Virus record (IMG/VR): IMGVR_UViG_3300013121_000039
Location: 64,001 to 128,000 of that record
DNA: 64,000 nucleotides
Strand: one strand, 5' to 3'
Source of the DNA: a virus
Lineage: Duplodnaviria; Caudoviricetes
Shown here: piece by piece, positions 32,757 to 43,619 of the stretch
How positions within the stretch are numbered: position 1 is the stretch's first letter
Layout of the letters: each line of letters starts with the position of its first letter
Translations under genes and position numbers: made by a program
The notes under the pieces: model-generated
Databases searched by the model: none
Told to the model about the DNA's origin: nothing
Seen by the model: only the letters and a program-made list of their open reading frames with translations

Positions 32757-35700
32757 TTAGCCGAACATGGTGGCGGACATCGTGAGGTTGTACGGGTAGA
32801 CGGAGATGTCCGTGGGGTCGTAGGCGGTGAGGTTGATGTAGGTCTGGGCGTTACCTCCACCGCTGTCGACGGTCCTGGACACGCCCCAGGCGATGACCGC
32901 CAGCGTCTGCGGAACGTCGGGGTCGGCCGACCAGTCGTAGGAGATGTTCATGTAGTAGTCGTCGTTGGTGGAGGCGCGCCCGTCCGTCAGAGAGGCCAGC
33001 GCCGCCGCTTCGGCTTGCGTCACCGAGCCGGACCCGTTGAGCCCTCCGTGCAGGTTGAAGAACTCGCGCCACTTCCCCTGCTCGTTGAAGCCCGTCCGGG
33101 CGAAGGCATCCGCGTTGATCAGGGCCAGGCGCCCAGCGCCAGGAGCGATGTTCGCCCCGCCGATGTTGGCCGTCGTGAACGCGTCGCCCTGGATCAGGAC
33201 ACCGTTCACGTAGATGAGCACGCCCTGGGTGGCGTCATTCACCCTGGTCCGCACGTAGAGGCGGTACTTGCTGGGGCTCCCGTTCTTCCCCAGCGGCAGC
33301 ATGGGAAGGGTGATCGGCGTCACCGGGGCGGTCACCATGTTGGCGCGGGTCGCCCCCGCCTTCGTCCCGAGGAGTGCGGTGAGCTGCCCGGGGTCAGTGG
33401 AGCCGGTCCCGATCTCCTTCTGCCCCAGAGTCCAGTACTCGTACTCGCCGTCGGTCACGGTGGCACCGGAGGTCGTCCCCAGGGCCCCGGGCCACCTGAA
33501 GCCGTAGACATGAGCCCTGGTGTAGCCATCGGTGTACTTCTTGTTCGGAACCGAGCCGGCAGGGCTGGTCAGGACGTTCAGGTCCGGGGCGATCGGGGAC
33601 GAGCCGAAGGTCTTCACCCCGTTGATCGTCTCGTTGCCGATGTTGTGGACGACCTGGGTGTCGACGGCCTTGAGGCCCAGCGCCGTCTTGTCGGCAGCCG
33701 ACATGAATCCGGCCACCGACGTTGTCGCAGCTGCGTGGAGGCTGCCTCCGGCCTGGTCCCCGTGTGCGTGGGAGTGCAGGGCATCGGCACTGCCGCCGCC
33801 GGTCAGCGTGTTGAGGTTTGGCGCCGTGACGTTGGCGCCATTCGTGGTGCCGGTGGCCCCGATGGAGAAGCCAGACTGGATCGCCCCATGGGTGTGGTAG
33901 GAGTCCGCGTTCACGGCAGGACCGCCGAGGAGCACGGTGGTCACGGTGTCGAGCTGGTCCTTGGTGAGGACCACGTCCACCTCGCCGGTCTTGCTGAGGA
34001 CCAGCCGTCCCTGGGTGCCGGAGACGTCGAGGCTGGCGCCTGGTGCCGACCTGGCACCGACCTGGACCTTCTTCGTCGACGTGACGGTGACGTCTCCAGA
34101 GAAGGTGGCATTCTCAGAGACGCTGAGAAGGCCTCGGACCTGGGTGGTCGCGCCGCTCTTGCCGAGGAGGACAGAGAGCGCCACCGCGCCGATGTCGACG
34201 TAGTGCGAACCGTCCTGGGAACGGAAGCTGGTTCCGCCGATCTGGGTCAGGTTCCGGGCCCACCACATCGCCGCCCCAGTGATGAGCGTCCGCCCTGCCA
34301 GGTCGAGGTGGAAGTCGGAGAGCAGGCAGTAGTCGCTGGCTCCACCCGTGAAGAAGGGGCCTGTGGCCCCAGGGTAGAGCGTGGCCATCGGAGTGGCACC
34401 GCGGATGGCCACGGGCATCCCAGGCAGCACCCAGCCACCAGAAGGAGCCGTCTGGGTGCTGAGGACGATGACCTCGCAGTCACCCCGTGGCACGCCGCTG
34501 ACCCGGACACGGGTCAGGTACTCCAGCGCCTCCGTCAGCGTCGGGAACTGCCCGCCGTAGCCGACGGTGATCTGGGCCGCGAACTCAGCGGCCAGACGGG
34601 AGGCCTGGGCCACTGACGTGATGACCCCTGTGCCGGAGACCACGTTGACCGTGGCGACGAGCAGGCCCTTGCCATTCGTGTTCGGGGTCTTGCCAGCCAG
34701 CTCGTTGGCCGACGTGCCGTTGCGGGTCTCGGCAGCGAGGAAGCCGGCGCTGGTGCTGGCCTTGAGCTGGCAGTCCACCTCGTCCCAGTAGAGGTACCAG
34801 GTGGCGGAGCCGGTGCCGGGCGTGAACGTCTGACCCGGCACACGCACTGGACGACCGTGCCAGCGCACCATGAAGGGGCCGACGGTCATGCTGGTCGCCC
34901 CACCGGCAGGAGTCGGGATGTTGGGCCTGGAGAGGATGGCGTTGGGAAGGGGGTCGAAGTCGTGGACCAGGGACGTGAAAGCCCCGTAGCCCCGGTCGGC
35001 CAGGGCCTGGATCTCACGATCATGGATCGACGCGGGCACCGGGGCCCAGAGGTCGAAGGACGCACCGGCCGGGATGGGGGGAGAGAAGACGACCCGGGCC
35101 CCGGTCGAGAACTTGCTGCGGAGCACCGTGACGGTTCCGGCGCTGCCGGAGATGTTCTGGTTCAGCTCCACCACCGGCTGGTTCTCGTCGAGCACCGTGC
35201 CGACCATCCCCAGCTCGGCCGCCGACATGGGCCGGAGGGCGAGGTGGGTAGCATCGACGACTGCCTCGACCACCCAGCGCAGCCCGTTGTTGGAGAAGGG
35301 GTTGCTGCTCCCGGAGCCGTCGATCTGGACGAAGTCCCCGGGCTGGACCCCGGCACCGGTGAAGCTGGCCGTGTCGCACTCGACCACGGAGCCGTTCAGG
35401 ATGTTCGAGATGTTGAGCGCCGAGGTGACCGACTGGGGGACCCCGAAGAGCGACGTGCCGGCCACCTGGTCACGCACATCGACCACTCGGCTCTGGGAGA
35501 CTTGTCCGGTCTGGGTGTCGATGAGGAAGTAGAGGTGGGCCAGCAGATCCTTCGCGGCTCCAGGGGCCAGCCCTGTGAAGACCCTCTCCGTCCCGAGGTC
35601 GTAGGTGGAGGTCGCGACGCCGGGGGACGTGATGGACGCGATCTTCTTCAGCACCACCTCGTGACGGACCAGGTCGGCGTACAGGACGTCCGTGTTGGCC

Positions 35701-36242
35701 ATGACCCGACCGAGCGACCGGGTCATGATGTCGGAGTTCAGGTTCTCGCCAGGGACCGGCAGAGAGGCATCGTTGGGCTGCCCCAGCCCTCGCCCCTCCG
35801 GGCTGGTGTTGAGGTCACCGCCCACGGAGAAGAACGACTGGGCCGCCACGTCGAACCCGAGTGCCTTGGCGGCCGTACCTCCCGTGACGCGGACCCGCCC
35901 ACTGCTGCCGGCGATGGTCGACCGGAGACCGATGCAGCCGCCTGCGTCGAAGGCGAGGACGTTGATCCCGCCGGTCGAGGAGTTGATGGCGGAGATGACC
36001 GTCGCCAGGTACGCCTGGTCCTGCACGTTCGCGGGAATGGAGACGCTGACCGAAGTCGGCACGCCGCCACTCACACCCTCGATGTCGAGGGTCTGGCCGT
36101 TCGTGACGCCGGCGAAGTACGGCTCGGGGGAGGACCCGTCGATGTCGGAGCGGCGCAGGTTGCCGCGGATGTTCGCCTGTGCTGGGCGCTTCAGGCTGCG
36201 GCCAGCGAGGGCGGGCCTGCGGAAGTAGGTCATCTGCGGCAT
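32757..36242 (-). CDS. Tail fibre / receptor-binding structural protein
   Basis: G/T/S/A-rich; ADALHSH, AGFMSAADK and ETINGVKTF fibre-type motifs; downstream of baseplate genes. Confidence 0.75.
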   Translation of the reverse strand: MPQMTYFRRPALAGRSLKRPAQANIRGNLRRSDIDGSSPEPYFAGVTNGQTLDIEGVSGGVPTSVSVSIPANVQDQAYLATVISAINSSTGGINVLAFDAGGCIGLRSTIAGSSGRVRVTGGTAAKALGFDVAAQSFFSVGGDLNTSPEGRGLGQPNDASLPVPGENLNSDIMTRSLGRVMANTDVLYADLVRHEVVLKKIASITSPGVATSTYDLGTERVFTGLAPGAAKDLLAHLYFLIDTQTGQVSQSRVVDVRDQVAGTSLFGVPQSVTSALNISNILNGSVVECDTASFTGAGVQPGDFVQIDGSGSSNPFSNNGLRWVVEAVVDATHLALRPMSAAELGMVGTVLDENQPVVELNQNISGSAGTVTVLRSKFSTGARVVFSPPIPAGASFDLWAPVPASIHDREIQALADRGYGAFTSLVHDFDPLPNAILSRPNIPTPAGGATSMTVGPFMVRWHGRPVRVPGQTFTPGTGSATWYLYWDEVDCQLKASTSAGFLAAETRNGTSANELAGKTPNTNGKGLLVATVNVVSGTGVITSVAQASRLAAEFAAQITVGYGGQFPTLTEALEYLTRVRVSGVPRGDCEVIVLSTQTAPSGGWVLPGMPVAIRGATPMATLYPGATGPFFTGGASDYCLLSDFHLDLAGRTLITGAAMWWARNLTQIGGTSFRSQDGSHYVDIGAVALSVLLGKSGATTQVRGLLSVSENATFSGDVTVTSTKKVQVGARSAPGASLDVSGTQGRLVLSKTGEVDVVLTKDQLDTVTTVLLGGPAVNADSYHTHGAIQSGFSIGATGTTNGANVTAPNLNTLTGGGSADALHSHAHGDQAGGSLHAAATTSVAGFMSAADKTALGLKAVDTQVVHNIGNETINGVKTFGSSPIAPDLNVLTSPAGSVPNKKYTDGYTRAHVYGFRWPGALGTTSGATVTDGEYEYWTLGQKEIGTGSTDPGQLTALLGTKAGATRANMVTAPVTPITLPMLPLGKNGSPSKYRLYVRTRVNDATQGVLIYVNGVLIQGDAFTTANIGGANIAPGAGRLALINADAFARTGFNEQGKWREFFNLHGGLNGSGSVTQAEAAALASLTDGRASTNDDYYMNISYDWSADPDVPQTLAVIAWGVSRTVDSGGGNAQTYINLTAYDPTDISVYPYNLTMSATMFG

Positions 36243-36256
36243 GAGGTGTCCTCAGT

Positions 36257-36940
36257 TCAGTGACGGATTTCCCACTCCACCTGGAACTCCAGGGCGTTCG
36301 TCTTCTCGACCGGCTCGGTGAGAGCCTTGTACGCCGCCGGAGCCTGTTGGAGAGCGTCGACCAGGTTCGTCTTGCGGCCGCCCTGCGCCTCGGTACCGGC
36401 GAAGAAGCCGTCGTCCGGGTTGCCGTCGGTGAAGAGCCCGAGCTCCGAGATCTGGATGGATGTCGTGAGGCCGAAGGTGAGCTCGTCCTCGGTGAAGACC
36501 CGCACGTACCGGACGGTGGTCCGCGTGGGCGAGAGCGGGAAGTCGGTCGCCGAGTGCGCGAGAGGGGCGAGGAACTCGCCCGCCACGTACGGCGCAGGCG
36601 TCACCAGGTTGGTGACGCCTGGATCCTCGGTCTGGTACCCAGTGCCGACTCCGAGGTAGGCCACCCGGTCGTTGCGGTAGGGAGTCGAGCCGCCGGGCTT
36701 GTACGTCTTCAGCATGGCGTCGAACTCGCGCCCGGTGTTGGTCCAGACGTTGTGCCCCTCGCGCCTGGAGCCGGGCACGATCTTGCCCCGCTCGCGCATC
36801 AGAGTGCGGACCCAGCCACGCACCTCGACCACGCTGGGCTCGCCATCCCAGGCCCGCCCAGCGATGGCACGGCCCAGTCGGTTCCGGACTCGAAGCAGTC
36901 CTGCGTCCGAGACGCGGATGAGCTCGTTGAAGAAGGGCAT
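36257..36940 (-). CDS. Tail fibre attachment / baseplate protein
   Basis: HNVWTNTGRE...YLGVGTG...ISELGLF...WEIR pattern. Confidence 0.6.
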   Translation of the reverse strand: MPFFNELIRVSDAGLLRVRNRLGRAIAGRAWDGEPSVVEVRGWVRTLMRERGKIVPGSRREGHNVWTNTGREFDAMLKTYKPGGSTPYRNDRVAYLGVGTGYQTEDPGVTNLVTPAPYVAGEFLAPLAHSATDFPLSPTRTTVRYVRVFTEDELTFGLTTSIQISELGLFTDGNPDDGFFAGTEAQGGRKTNLVDALQQAPAAYKALTEPVEKTNALEFQVEWEIRH

Positions 36941-36941
36941 C

Positions 36942-39900
36942 TCAGACTCCCACAGGGGTCAGCGTGAAGGTGACGCGGTCGGTGATGGTACGGAGGGACT
37001 GGTCGAAGAGGAAAGGAGTTTCTCCGGCCCCGGTCTTCAGGAGCCGCACCTCGTAGGTGCCGAGCGGCGGGGCCGGGGTGAGCTTGAGCGGCGAGACGGT
37101 CTCGACGACGCTCGTCAGCAGGTCATCCTGCTGCACCTGGAGCTCATCCCCTGGGTCGAGAAGTCCGAGCAGGTCGTCCGGCAGGGTCGGGGAATCGGTC
37201 CCGTCGGCCGTGATCGTGTAGAGCTCGTTGGTGAAGGTCCCGGGCCGGTAGATGGCGAAGGTGGTCGGGGCCCCAGACAGGATAGGCGTGATCTGCACCT
37301 TGTCCCACACCACGCCTGTCTTCTTGATGGCGATGACCGTGTAGGCCTGGCCACCCGCCACGAACCGATCCCCTGGGGCCACCATCCCGGCCCGGAGGCC
37401 TCCATCCACGGTGACCTCCGAGTAGTCGTAGGACGCCCCATTGTCCGGATCGACGAAGTTGAGGTCCGTGTGGTTGAGGATGTCTCCAGCGATCCGCAGG
37501 CTGCGGATGGCCCTCATGATGACGAAACGCTGCCCGGCGCTCTCGCTGAGCTGAGGCCCGTCGATGGTGAGCGTCGAGTCCGTCACCGTGAGGATCGGGT
37601 AGACCCCCTCCGTGGGACCGTTGACCACGAAGAGGAAGTCCCCAGGACTCACCAGAGGGGCCTCGAAGCTCTCACCGGTCCTGGGATTCACCAGACCTCC
37701 AGACGCGAGAGAAATGGCTCCCGTGTTGTCGATGGCCAGGTCCGACCCGCCGCGGAGGAAGTAGTACGGATCCTCGTCCCACCGCATGGGGGCGAGGCCG
37801 GAGAGGGTGCGGAGGTCGAAGATGGGAGCCGTCGGGAAGTTGAGGCCGGCCATGTCCACCAGCACCGGCGCGGTACCGACGGGGCTTCTCAGGTTGAGGC
37901 TGAGCTTGTCGTCGACGGTGACGTTGTCCTGGACCTCGGAGGTGTTCGAGATCACCAGGGCCACGTAGGACGGCGTGATGCGGCGCAGGAAGGAGGAGAC
38001 GAGCCCGATCTCGCTGGGCTGGAAGACCGTGTCGTTGATGCGGATGCGCGCCGAGTGGGTGCTCTGGAGACGCTGCACCGCGGTCATGAGCGCCGCCGAA
38101 GACGTCTTGGAGTCCTCGACCGCAACGCCCTTGGACAGCGAGGCGAACGCTTCCACCACGTCCCCCACCTCGTACGGCTTCTGGGTGGCCGGGTTGACGT
38201 CGACGCCAGAGAGCTCCGACGCCAAGTCCACAGGGAAGGTGTAGACGCGGAAGACCCCAGTCGCGGCATCGGTGGTGTCGAGATCCTCGACCAGGATTCG
38301 CCCCATGGCCGGGTTGCCGTAGGCGTCCTTCCGGTAGGCCGTGTCGATGGACCGGATGATCCCCCGCCGCTCCGTGAAAGGAAGACCGAGCAGCAGAGAG
38401 GCGCCGAGGCGAACCTTGTCGACGGCCGGGCCATTCACGTAGGCGTACATGAGCCCGGCCACCGCCTGACGGTAGGAAGCCTGAGACGTCACCTTCTCCA
38501 GGTCTTGGCGGGTGAGCCCGACCAAGACCCCGAAGTTGCGCTCGATGTTCTCGGAGTTGTCGTAGAACGTGACCTCTCCCCACAGCCGTGCCGGCGCCGG
38601 GGACTTGGCCGAGAAGAGGCCTGGCACGAACCTGATGAAGTGGCCCGCCCGGCGGCGCTTCAGCGTCACCGTCCCCGTGACGAAGACGGACAGCGGGTGG
38701 GCCGAGATCTCCGAAGAGAGGAGCAGCTTGCTTCGAGAGAGGACTCTCATCACCTCGAAGGAGCCTGCCACCGGAAGAGGGCTGGCAATCTCCAGAGTGT
38801 CGCCGGGACGGATGCCCAAGTCGACGAAGTCGCCGCCCTCCACCTCGAAGACGTTGGTGCCCGTGCGGAAGGTGATGTCCCCGGAGAGCACGGATTGGCC
38901 GTCGACGACGTAGTGCTTCTGCTCCAGGGCGATGACGGGTGGCCGCGCGAGGAGGAAACGCTTCTCCCCCTTCACCAGGTAGGTCTTCCCACCATCCTCG
39001 ACGGTCTCCGGCTGCACGATGAAGTCCTGGAGGGCCGGGATGGACCGCACAGTCTCGTCGACCGGGATCAGCCGGTTGCGCAGGATGTACTTCGGCTCGA
39101 TCGTGAAAGTCCCCAGGGGGAGCTCGAACGACGCGGGAGTCGGAAGCTCCATCCCCCAGTACTTGCGCTGGAAGTAGATGGACTTCACGTAGGTGAGCAG
39201 GGTGGCCGCATCCCCGGAGGCTGAGAACGAGCCATCCGGCAGGACCGTGCCAGCCTTCAGGGCGAGCCCCTCCACCACCCGCATCAAGATGGGTACCGAG
39301 ACCTCCGGAACGTCCCCATCCGTCACGACCTCATCCGTGAAGACGAAGCCGAGTCGGGTGCGATCGACTCCGACCACCTGGCACGGGACGTCAACCGAGA
39401 CGTTCCCGAAGGTGATGGTGGAGACGAGCACGTCTCCCGTGGACACCCCAAGGTCCTCGAAGTCCTGGTCCGCAGAGACCAGCGTGTGGGGTGTGCGCCA
39501 GGCCAGGCTCTTGAGCCCAGGGACCAACACCTGCTGGTCGATGGAGACCGCCACCAGCGGCACACGCTGGTTCTCGTCCACTGCCGTGCGGGTCACGGTG
39601 TACGCCTGCCCGTTCACCACGATGAGGCGACCAGCCGTCAGGTCCGCCACGTCAGCAGATTCTGCCAGCGGGATGGAGATCGAATCGGAGAGGGTGGTCT
39701 CGGTCGAAGGGATGGAGAACCCGACCGGGCGGTAGATGGTCACCTGGGAGGACTCGCCGACCAAGCTGGACCCAGCCGGCTTCTTGTCCACCACGATGTA
39801 CCCGCCGCTCCGGTCGACGATGCGGTACAGGCCGACGTTGATGCCGGACTTGATGATGGCCACGTCCCCGACCCGCACCTCCTCCAGGCCGGCAGCCTCC

Positions 39901-40892
39901 TCCGTGATGTAGTAGTCGAAGCCGAGGATCTCCGACATCACGAAGTCGTACCGCTTGGTGCCGCCCAGGGACCAAGTCGTGGAGCCGAAGTCGAACTGGA
40001 TCTCGACGTCGCGCACGATGACGTCGCTGTTCTCGCCGGCCGTGTTGGACGGGTTCTTCGGCAGGTCGGTCGAGAGTCGGAAGCCTCCATGCTTGGCGGT
40101 GGTCCCCGCGATGACGTAGCTCCCGACGTTCTCCGCATTGCGGGAGTAGAGGATGTCGATCTGGCGGCCAGCCAGATCGAGCCGCACGGTGCCTTGGAGG
40201 GCCACGAGCTCGTTGCGGTCCAGGATGACCGCCAGGCCGGTCTCGCCAGCAGCCCCTGTTGCCGCAGAGGTACCAGCTCGGTGGCTACCGAGGAAGATCG
40301 AAGAGCCTTCCGAGAGCGCCAGCTTCGGCTCGTACTTCATCCAGCGACGCTGGAAGAGGTCTTGGACGTCTCGAATGCTCTTGTTGAAGTCGATCTGGTA
40401 GAGCTTCAGGAGCTCTCCGCCGGCGATCTGGATGAGGGCGCTCCAGAGCGTCTCGAAGAACTCCCGGTCGTCGACCTGAGTCCAGACGTCCCGCAGGTAG
40501 CTCCAGATGAACTTCCCATCGGGGACGAGACCACGGCCGTGTGGCACGGCGATGGAGCGGACGTCGATGGTGACCACCGACAAGGCGCTGTCGAAAACGC
40601 CGTTCGAGACGACCAGGCCAATGACGTACTGGCCGACGACGTCCGGAGAGAATGACGTGAGGGCCCCGATGTCGTCGAGCGTCTTGAAGCCGTCAGCCGC
40701 AGCCTTCGAGCCGATGGGGAGAGACACGAAGGAGAAGTGGTAGGTGAGCACCCCACCGTCGGGGTCCGAAGAGAGCCGACCGTCGAGGGAGATGACCGAC
40801 CCGAGGACCGCGAACTCCGAAGACACCACCAGGGACGCGACTGGGACCTTCTTCTCCGCGACGACGGCCGTGCTGATGAGGAAGGCGGTCAT
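36942..40892 (-). CDS. Large baseplate wedge-like protein with N-terminal PKD/Ig-like domain
   Basis: LDGRLSSDPDG...TYHF...PDVVGQY PKD-like motif; GP...LLLGLP segment. Confidence 0.6.
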   Translation of the reverse strand: MTAFLISTAVVAEKKVPVASLVVSSEFAVLGSVISLDGRLSSDPDGGVLTYHFSFVSLPIGSKAAADGFKTLDDIGALTSFSPDVVGQYVIGLVVSNGVFDSALSVVTIDVRSIAVPHGRGLVPDGKFIWSYLRDVWTQVDDREFFETLWSALIQIAGGELLKLYQIDFNKSIRDVQDLFQRRWMKYEPKLALSEGSSIFLGSHRAGTSAATGAAGETGLAVILDRNELVALQGTVRLDLAGRQIDILYSRNAENVGSYVIAGTTAKHGGFRLSTDLPKNPSNTAGENSDVIVRDVEIQFDFGSTTWSLGGTKRYDFVMSEILGFDYYITEEAAGLEEVRVGDVAIIKSGINVGLYRIVDRSGGYIVVDKKPAGSSLVGESSQVTIYRPVGFSIPSTETTLSDSISIPLAESADVADLTAGRLIVVNGQAYTVTRTAVDENQRVPLVAVSIDQQVLVPGLKSLAWRTPHTLVSADQDFEDLGVSTGDVLVSTITFGNVSVDVPCQVVGVDRTRLGFVFTDEVVTDGDVPEVSVPILMRVVEGLALKAGTVLPDGSFSASGDAATLLTYVKSIYFQRKYWGMELPTPASFELPLGTFTIEPKYILRNRLIPVDETVRSIPALQDFIVQPETVEDGGKTYLVKGEKRFLLARPPVIALEQKHYVVDGQSVLSGDITFRTGTNVFEVEGGDFVDLGIRPGDTLEIASPLPVAGSFEVMRVLSRSKLLLSSEISAHPLSVFVTGTVTLKRRRAGHFIRFVPGLFSAKSPAPARLWGEVTFYDNSENIERNFGVLVGLTRQDLEKVTSQASYRQAVAGLMYAYVNGPAVDKVRLGASLLLGLPFTERRGIIRSIDTAYRKDAYGNPAMGRILVEDLDTTDAATGVFRVYTFPVDLASELSGVDVNPATQKPYEVGDVVEAFASLSKGVAVEDSKTSSAALMTAVQRLQSTHSARIRINDTVFQPSEIGLVSSFLRRITPSYVALVISNTSEVQDNVTVDDKLSLNLRSPVGTAPVLVDMAGLNFPTAPIFDLRTLSGLAPMRWDEDPYYFLRGGSDLAIDNTGAISLASGGLVNPRTGESFEAPLVSPGDFLFVVNGPTEGVYPILTVTDSTLTIDGPQLSESAGQRFVIMRAIRSLRIAGDILNHTDLNFVDPDNGASYDYSEVTVDGGLRAGMVAPGDRFVAGGQAYTVIAIKKTGVVWDKVQITPILSGAPTTFAIYRPGTFTNELYTITADGTDSPTLPDDLLGLLDPGDELQVQQDDLLTSVVETVSPLKLTPAPPLGTYEVRLLKTGAGETPFLFDQSLRTITDRVTFTLTPVGV

Positions 40893-40895
40893 CGT

Positions 40896-43259
40896 CTACA
40901 CCCCACCGTACTCGATCTCATCGACGTCGACATACAGGTCCGCCCGGCCGCCGAGAAGGGTCTCCACATCTTGGAGCTGCTGGGTGAGCTCGATCTCGTA
41001 GCCGGATGAGACGCCCCACCGGAGGTGGGCCCACTTCGACGTGCCGGCGAACTCCTTCTCGAAAGAGCCGAAGGCGATGGAGGGGAGTCGTTGGTCCACA
41101 TCCTGCTCTGGGGTGAAGTCTGCCCAGGGGATGGAGATGAGCGGGTCGGTCTTGAGCAGCCCGGGACCGTAGACCTCGATCTTGTAGTACGGCTGGTAGA
41201 CGATGCGGTAGCTGCCCATGGCAAGCCAGTCGCAGTCGGCGGAGTGGCGCCGGCCCAGGGGCGTCTGGTTGATGATGTCCGCCACCGACCCGGCCCCAGG
41301 CACGATGGCGATCTTCCGCCCGTGCAGACCGCAGTCGAAGAAGCCGACCGTGAGCTTGAAGAAGTCGTTGAGGGGCGACTCCTCCTGCCCGAAGTAGATC
41401 GTGACCCCACAGCCCGTCCACTGCGACGCCTGGCCGGAGGTGCCGTCCACGTCCGTGTAGGAGACGACCTGGGCCCGGAAGTCCACCTGAGCCCCGCGCA
41501 GCAGCGTGAAGCGGTCCTCCTTGACGAAGAAAGCGTACTTGTCGGCCCCGGTCCCGAAGTCCTCCTTCGAGATGGTCGCCACCTCCGAAAAGGAGAAGCC
41601 GTTGGAGCCCGTCGCCTCGAAGGTGAAGCCGACCGACTCCGGGTCCACCGCGTCCAGAGACTCCCATGCCGAGTAGCGGTTGAGGTACGAGATGGCGGCG
41701 ACGTCCACCTCGCCGTCAGCCACCACCGCACCGACGTGCCCCACCTCGAAGCGCCCGCCGGCGTTCCTGGCCGGGACGGTGACCTGGGAGAGGGGGATGC
41801 TGAGGAGTGGAGTGTCCATGTCCTCGACGAAGACCCTCAGCTTGTCGTTCTGGCGATCCCCAGTCAGACGCACCAGCCGGAGTCCGCGGTACTCCGACTC
41901 GACCACGACGCCCGCGTTCTGGGGGTATGCGTAGGCCCCGATTTCCCCCACGGCCCCCGGATCCAACAGCAGCCCCCAGGTACGCTGAAGCTGCGTGTCC
42001 AGGGCCGTGAGGACGAAGGCCGAGGTGCCGTCCTGCACCATCAACCCCACGCCGGTGTCGACCGAAGTCAGCCCGGTCACGTTGCCAGACATCCAGGCCT
42101 CCAGCGAGAAGCCTGAGGCGGCGGACTCCAGACACGGCTCGGAGCGGAAGATGGTGGAGGAGGCGAGACCGACGTTGGCTGGCTTCGCCAGCACGGAGTA
42201 GAGGGGGGTGAGGCGCCTGCCGGGCTGGAACCACGAGCTGACCGCCGGAGGGGCGGTCCCTCCAACCCTCCACATCCCGAGTGACTTGGCGGTCGGAAGG
42301 ATGCGGTCGGAGGCACGGAACACCACCGGCAGATCGGGCCGCCGGCGCAGCCCGTGCCCGAGCCCGACCTCTCCGGACTTGATGCCCCAGTTGGCCTGCC
42401 TGTAGAGGGCGTAGTTCGTGATCTCGACGACGTCGCCGACCCCACCACCGTTGCCGAAGTAGAGCGTCAAGGCGTGTGAAGGCCCGCTGCGGCGCTGCGG
42501 GAACGCGCTGGTGTCAGGCTCGAACGGGCCGAGCTGCCCGAGGAGGAAGGAATCGACGAGCATCGGGGCATCGTGGGCCGGGCCCATGAGCCACAGATTC
42601 ATGGACTGCGTCGCAGTCTCCACGTCGAAGTAGAGCGTGCACTCGCTGCCGTCCGCCCACGAGAGCCAGTCGATGTCGTACTCGGCCTGGAGCGGCCGAG
42701 CGGAGCTGAAGGCGTGCAGCGGGCCCCCCACCACCAGTGTCCCGTTCCCGCTAGCCCGCAGTGCGACGAAGAGGCCGGTGTTGCGGATGCCGTACTCGAA
42801 GCCTGCGTAGAGCGGGGCGATGTCCGAAAGGTTGTTCCAGTACCGAAGACCGGTCGTCCACGCCTGCGAGACCTTGAAGGAGACGGAGGCGAGAACGTCG
42901 CTGTAGGTCTTCGTCTCGGTGGAGATCTCGTAGAGGCCCTGGTCGACGCCCCCTGACCCTTCCCCGATGAGCAGGGAGGTGCCAGCGGCGGTGACCTCCG
43001 GTACGGCGGCAATAGGCCGGCGGCGCTCCGGGGTCTCCCTGGCCACCGTTGCGTAGCGCAGCAGATCCGTGTGGGCTTCTGGGAAGACGGCGACCCCGTT
43101 CACGCTCTTGTGGACGAGGTTCGAGACCGCCAGACGGGCCTTCAGGGAGGCCAAACGGACGAACTGCGTCTCCGACTTCACGCTCAACGCGACGGGGGTC
43201 CCCGGGAGGAAAGACTCGACGAAGTCGCCGGGTGCGGTATTGACAAGTCGCAGAGCCAA
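40896..43259 (-). CDS. Beta-rich virion structural protein
   Basis: Long ORF in tail module; TTG start with GAGGA RBS. Confidence 0.55.
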   Translation of the reverse strand: MALRLVNTAPGDFVESFLPGTPVALSVKSETQFVRLASLKARLAVSNLVHKSVNGVAVFPEAHTDLLRYATVARETPERRRPIAAVPEVTAAGTSLLIGEGSGGVDQGLYEISTETKTYSDVLASVSFKVSQAWTTGLRYWNNLSDIAPLYAGFEYGIRNTGLFVALRASGNGTLVVGGPLHAFSSARPLQAEYDIDWLSWADGSECTLYFDVETATQSMNLWLMGPAHDAPMLVDSFLLGQLGPFEPDTSAFPQRRSGPSHALTLYFGNGGGVGDVVEITNYALYRQANWGIKSGEVGLGHGLRRRPDLPVVFRASDRILPTAKSLGMWRVGGTAPPAVSSWFQPGRRLTPLYSVLAKPANVGLASSTIFRSEPCLESAASGFSLEAWMSGNVTGLTSVDTGVGLMVQDGTSAFVLTALDTQLQRTWGLLLDPGAVGEIGAYAYPQNAGVVVESEYRGLRLVRLTGDRQNDKLRVFVEDMDTPLLSIPLSQVTVPARNAGGRFEVGHVGAVVADGEVDVAAISYLNRYSAWESLDAVDPESVGFTFEATGSNGFSFSEVATISKEDFGTGADKYAFFVKEDRFTLLRGAQVDFRAQVVSYTDVDGTSGQASQWTGCGVTIYFGQEESPLNDFFKLTVGFFDCGLHGRKIAIVPGAGSVADIINQTPLGRRHSADCDWLAMGSYRIVYQPYYKIEVYGPGLLKTDPLISIPWADFTPEQDVDQRLPSIAFGSFEKEFAGTSKWAHLRWGVSSGYEIELTQQLQDVETLLGGRADLYVDVDEIEYGGV

Positions 43260-43304
43260 GAGGTTTCCTCAGGGATTACGTTCCGGCGATTATACGGAAG
43301 GGGT

Positions 43305-43619
43305 ATGTACGTGCCCAGCTTCAACACGATGGACCCGGAGAGAATTCGGGAGCTTCTGGAGGCCAAGACCGAAGACGGGCAGAAGCTCTACCCGGATGTC
43401 TTGACCCCTCTCGCCCGCCAAGAGACAGCCCTCTTCCAGAGGACTCCCTGCCCGAAGTGCGGTTCCTCCTCAACCGCGGCTACGCTGAACACCCACCGTC
43501 CCTTCGCCCCAACCTCACCGCTGCCCAACATGATCGCCAGGTGCGTGGTGTGTCAGACGGAGTTCGACCCGAAGACAGGGATCATCACCCTGGCCACGCT
43601 CATCGACGGGTCAGCTTGA
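43305..43619 (+). CDS. Zinc-ribbon protein on the opposite strand
   Basis: CPKC...CVVC; purine-rich RBS; only + strand gene in the structural block. Confidence 0.6.
   Translation: MYVPSFNTMDPERIRELLEAKTEDGQKLYPDVLTPLARQETALFQRTPCPKCGSSSTAATLNTHRPFAPTSPLPNMIARCVVCQTEFDPKTGIITLATLIDGSA

Noticed and set aside
43240-43270. Plus-strand sigma70 promoter from TTGACA at 43240
   Set aside because: No -10-like hexamer at 16-18 nt spacing.
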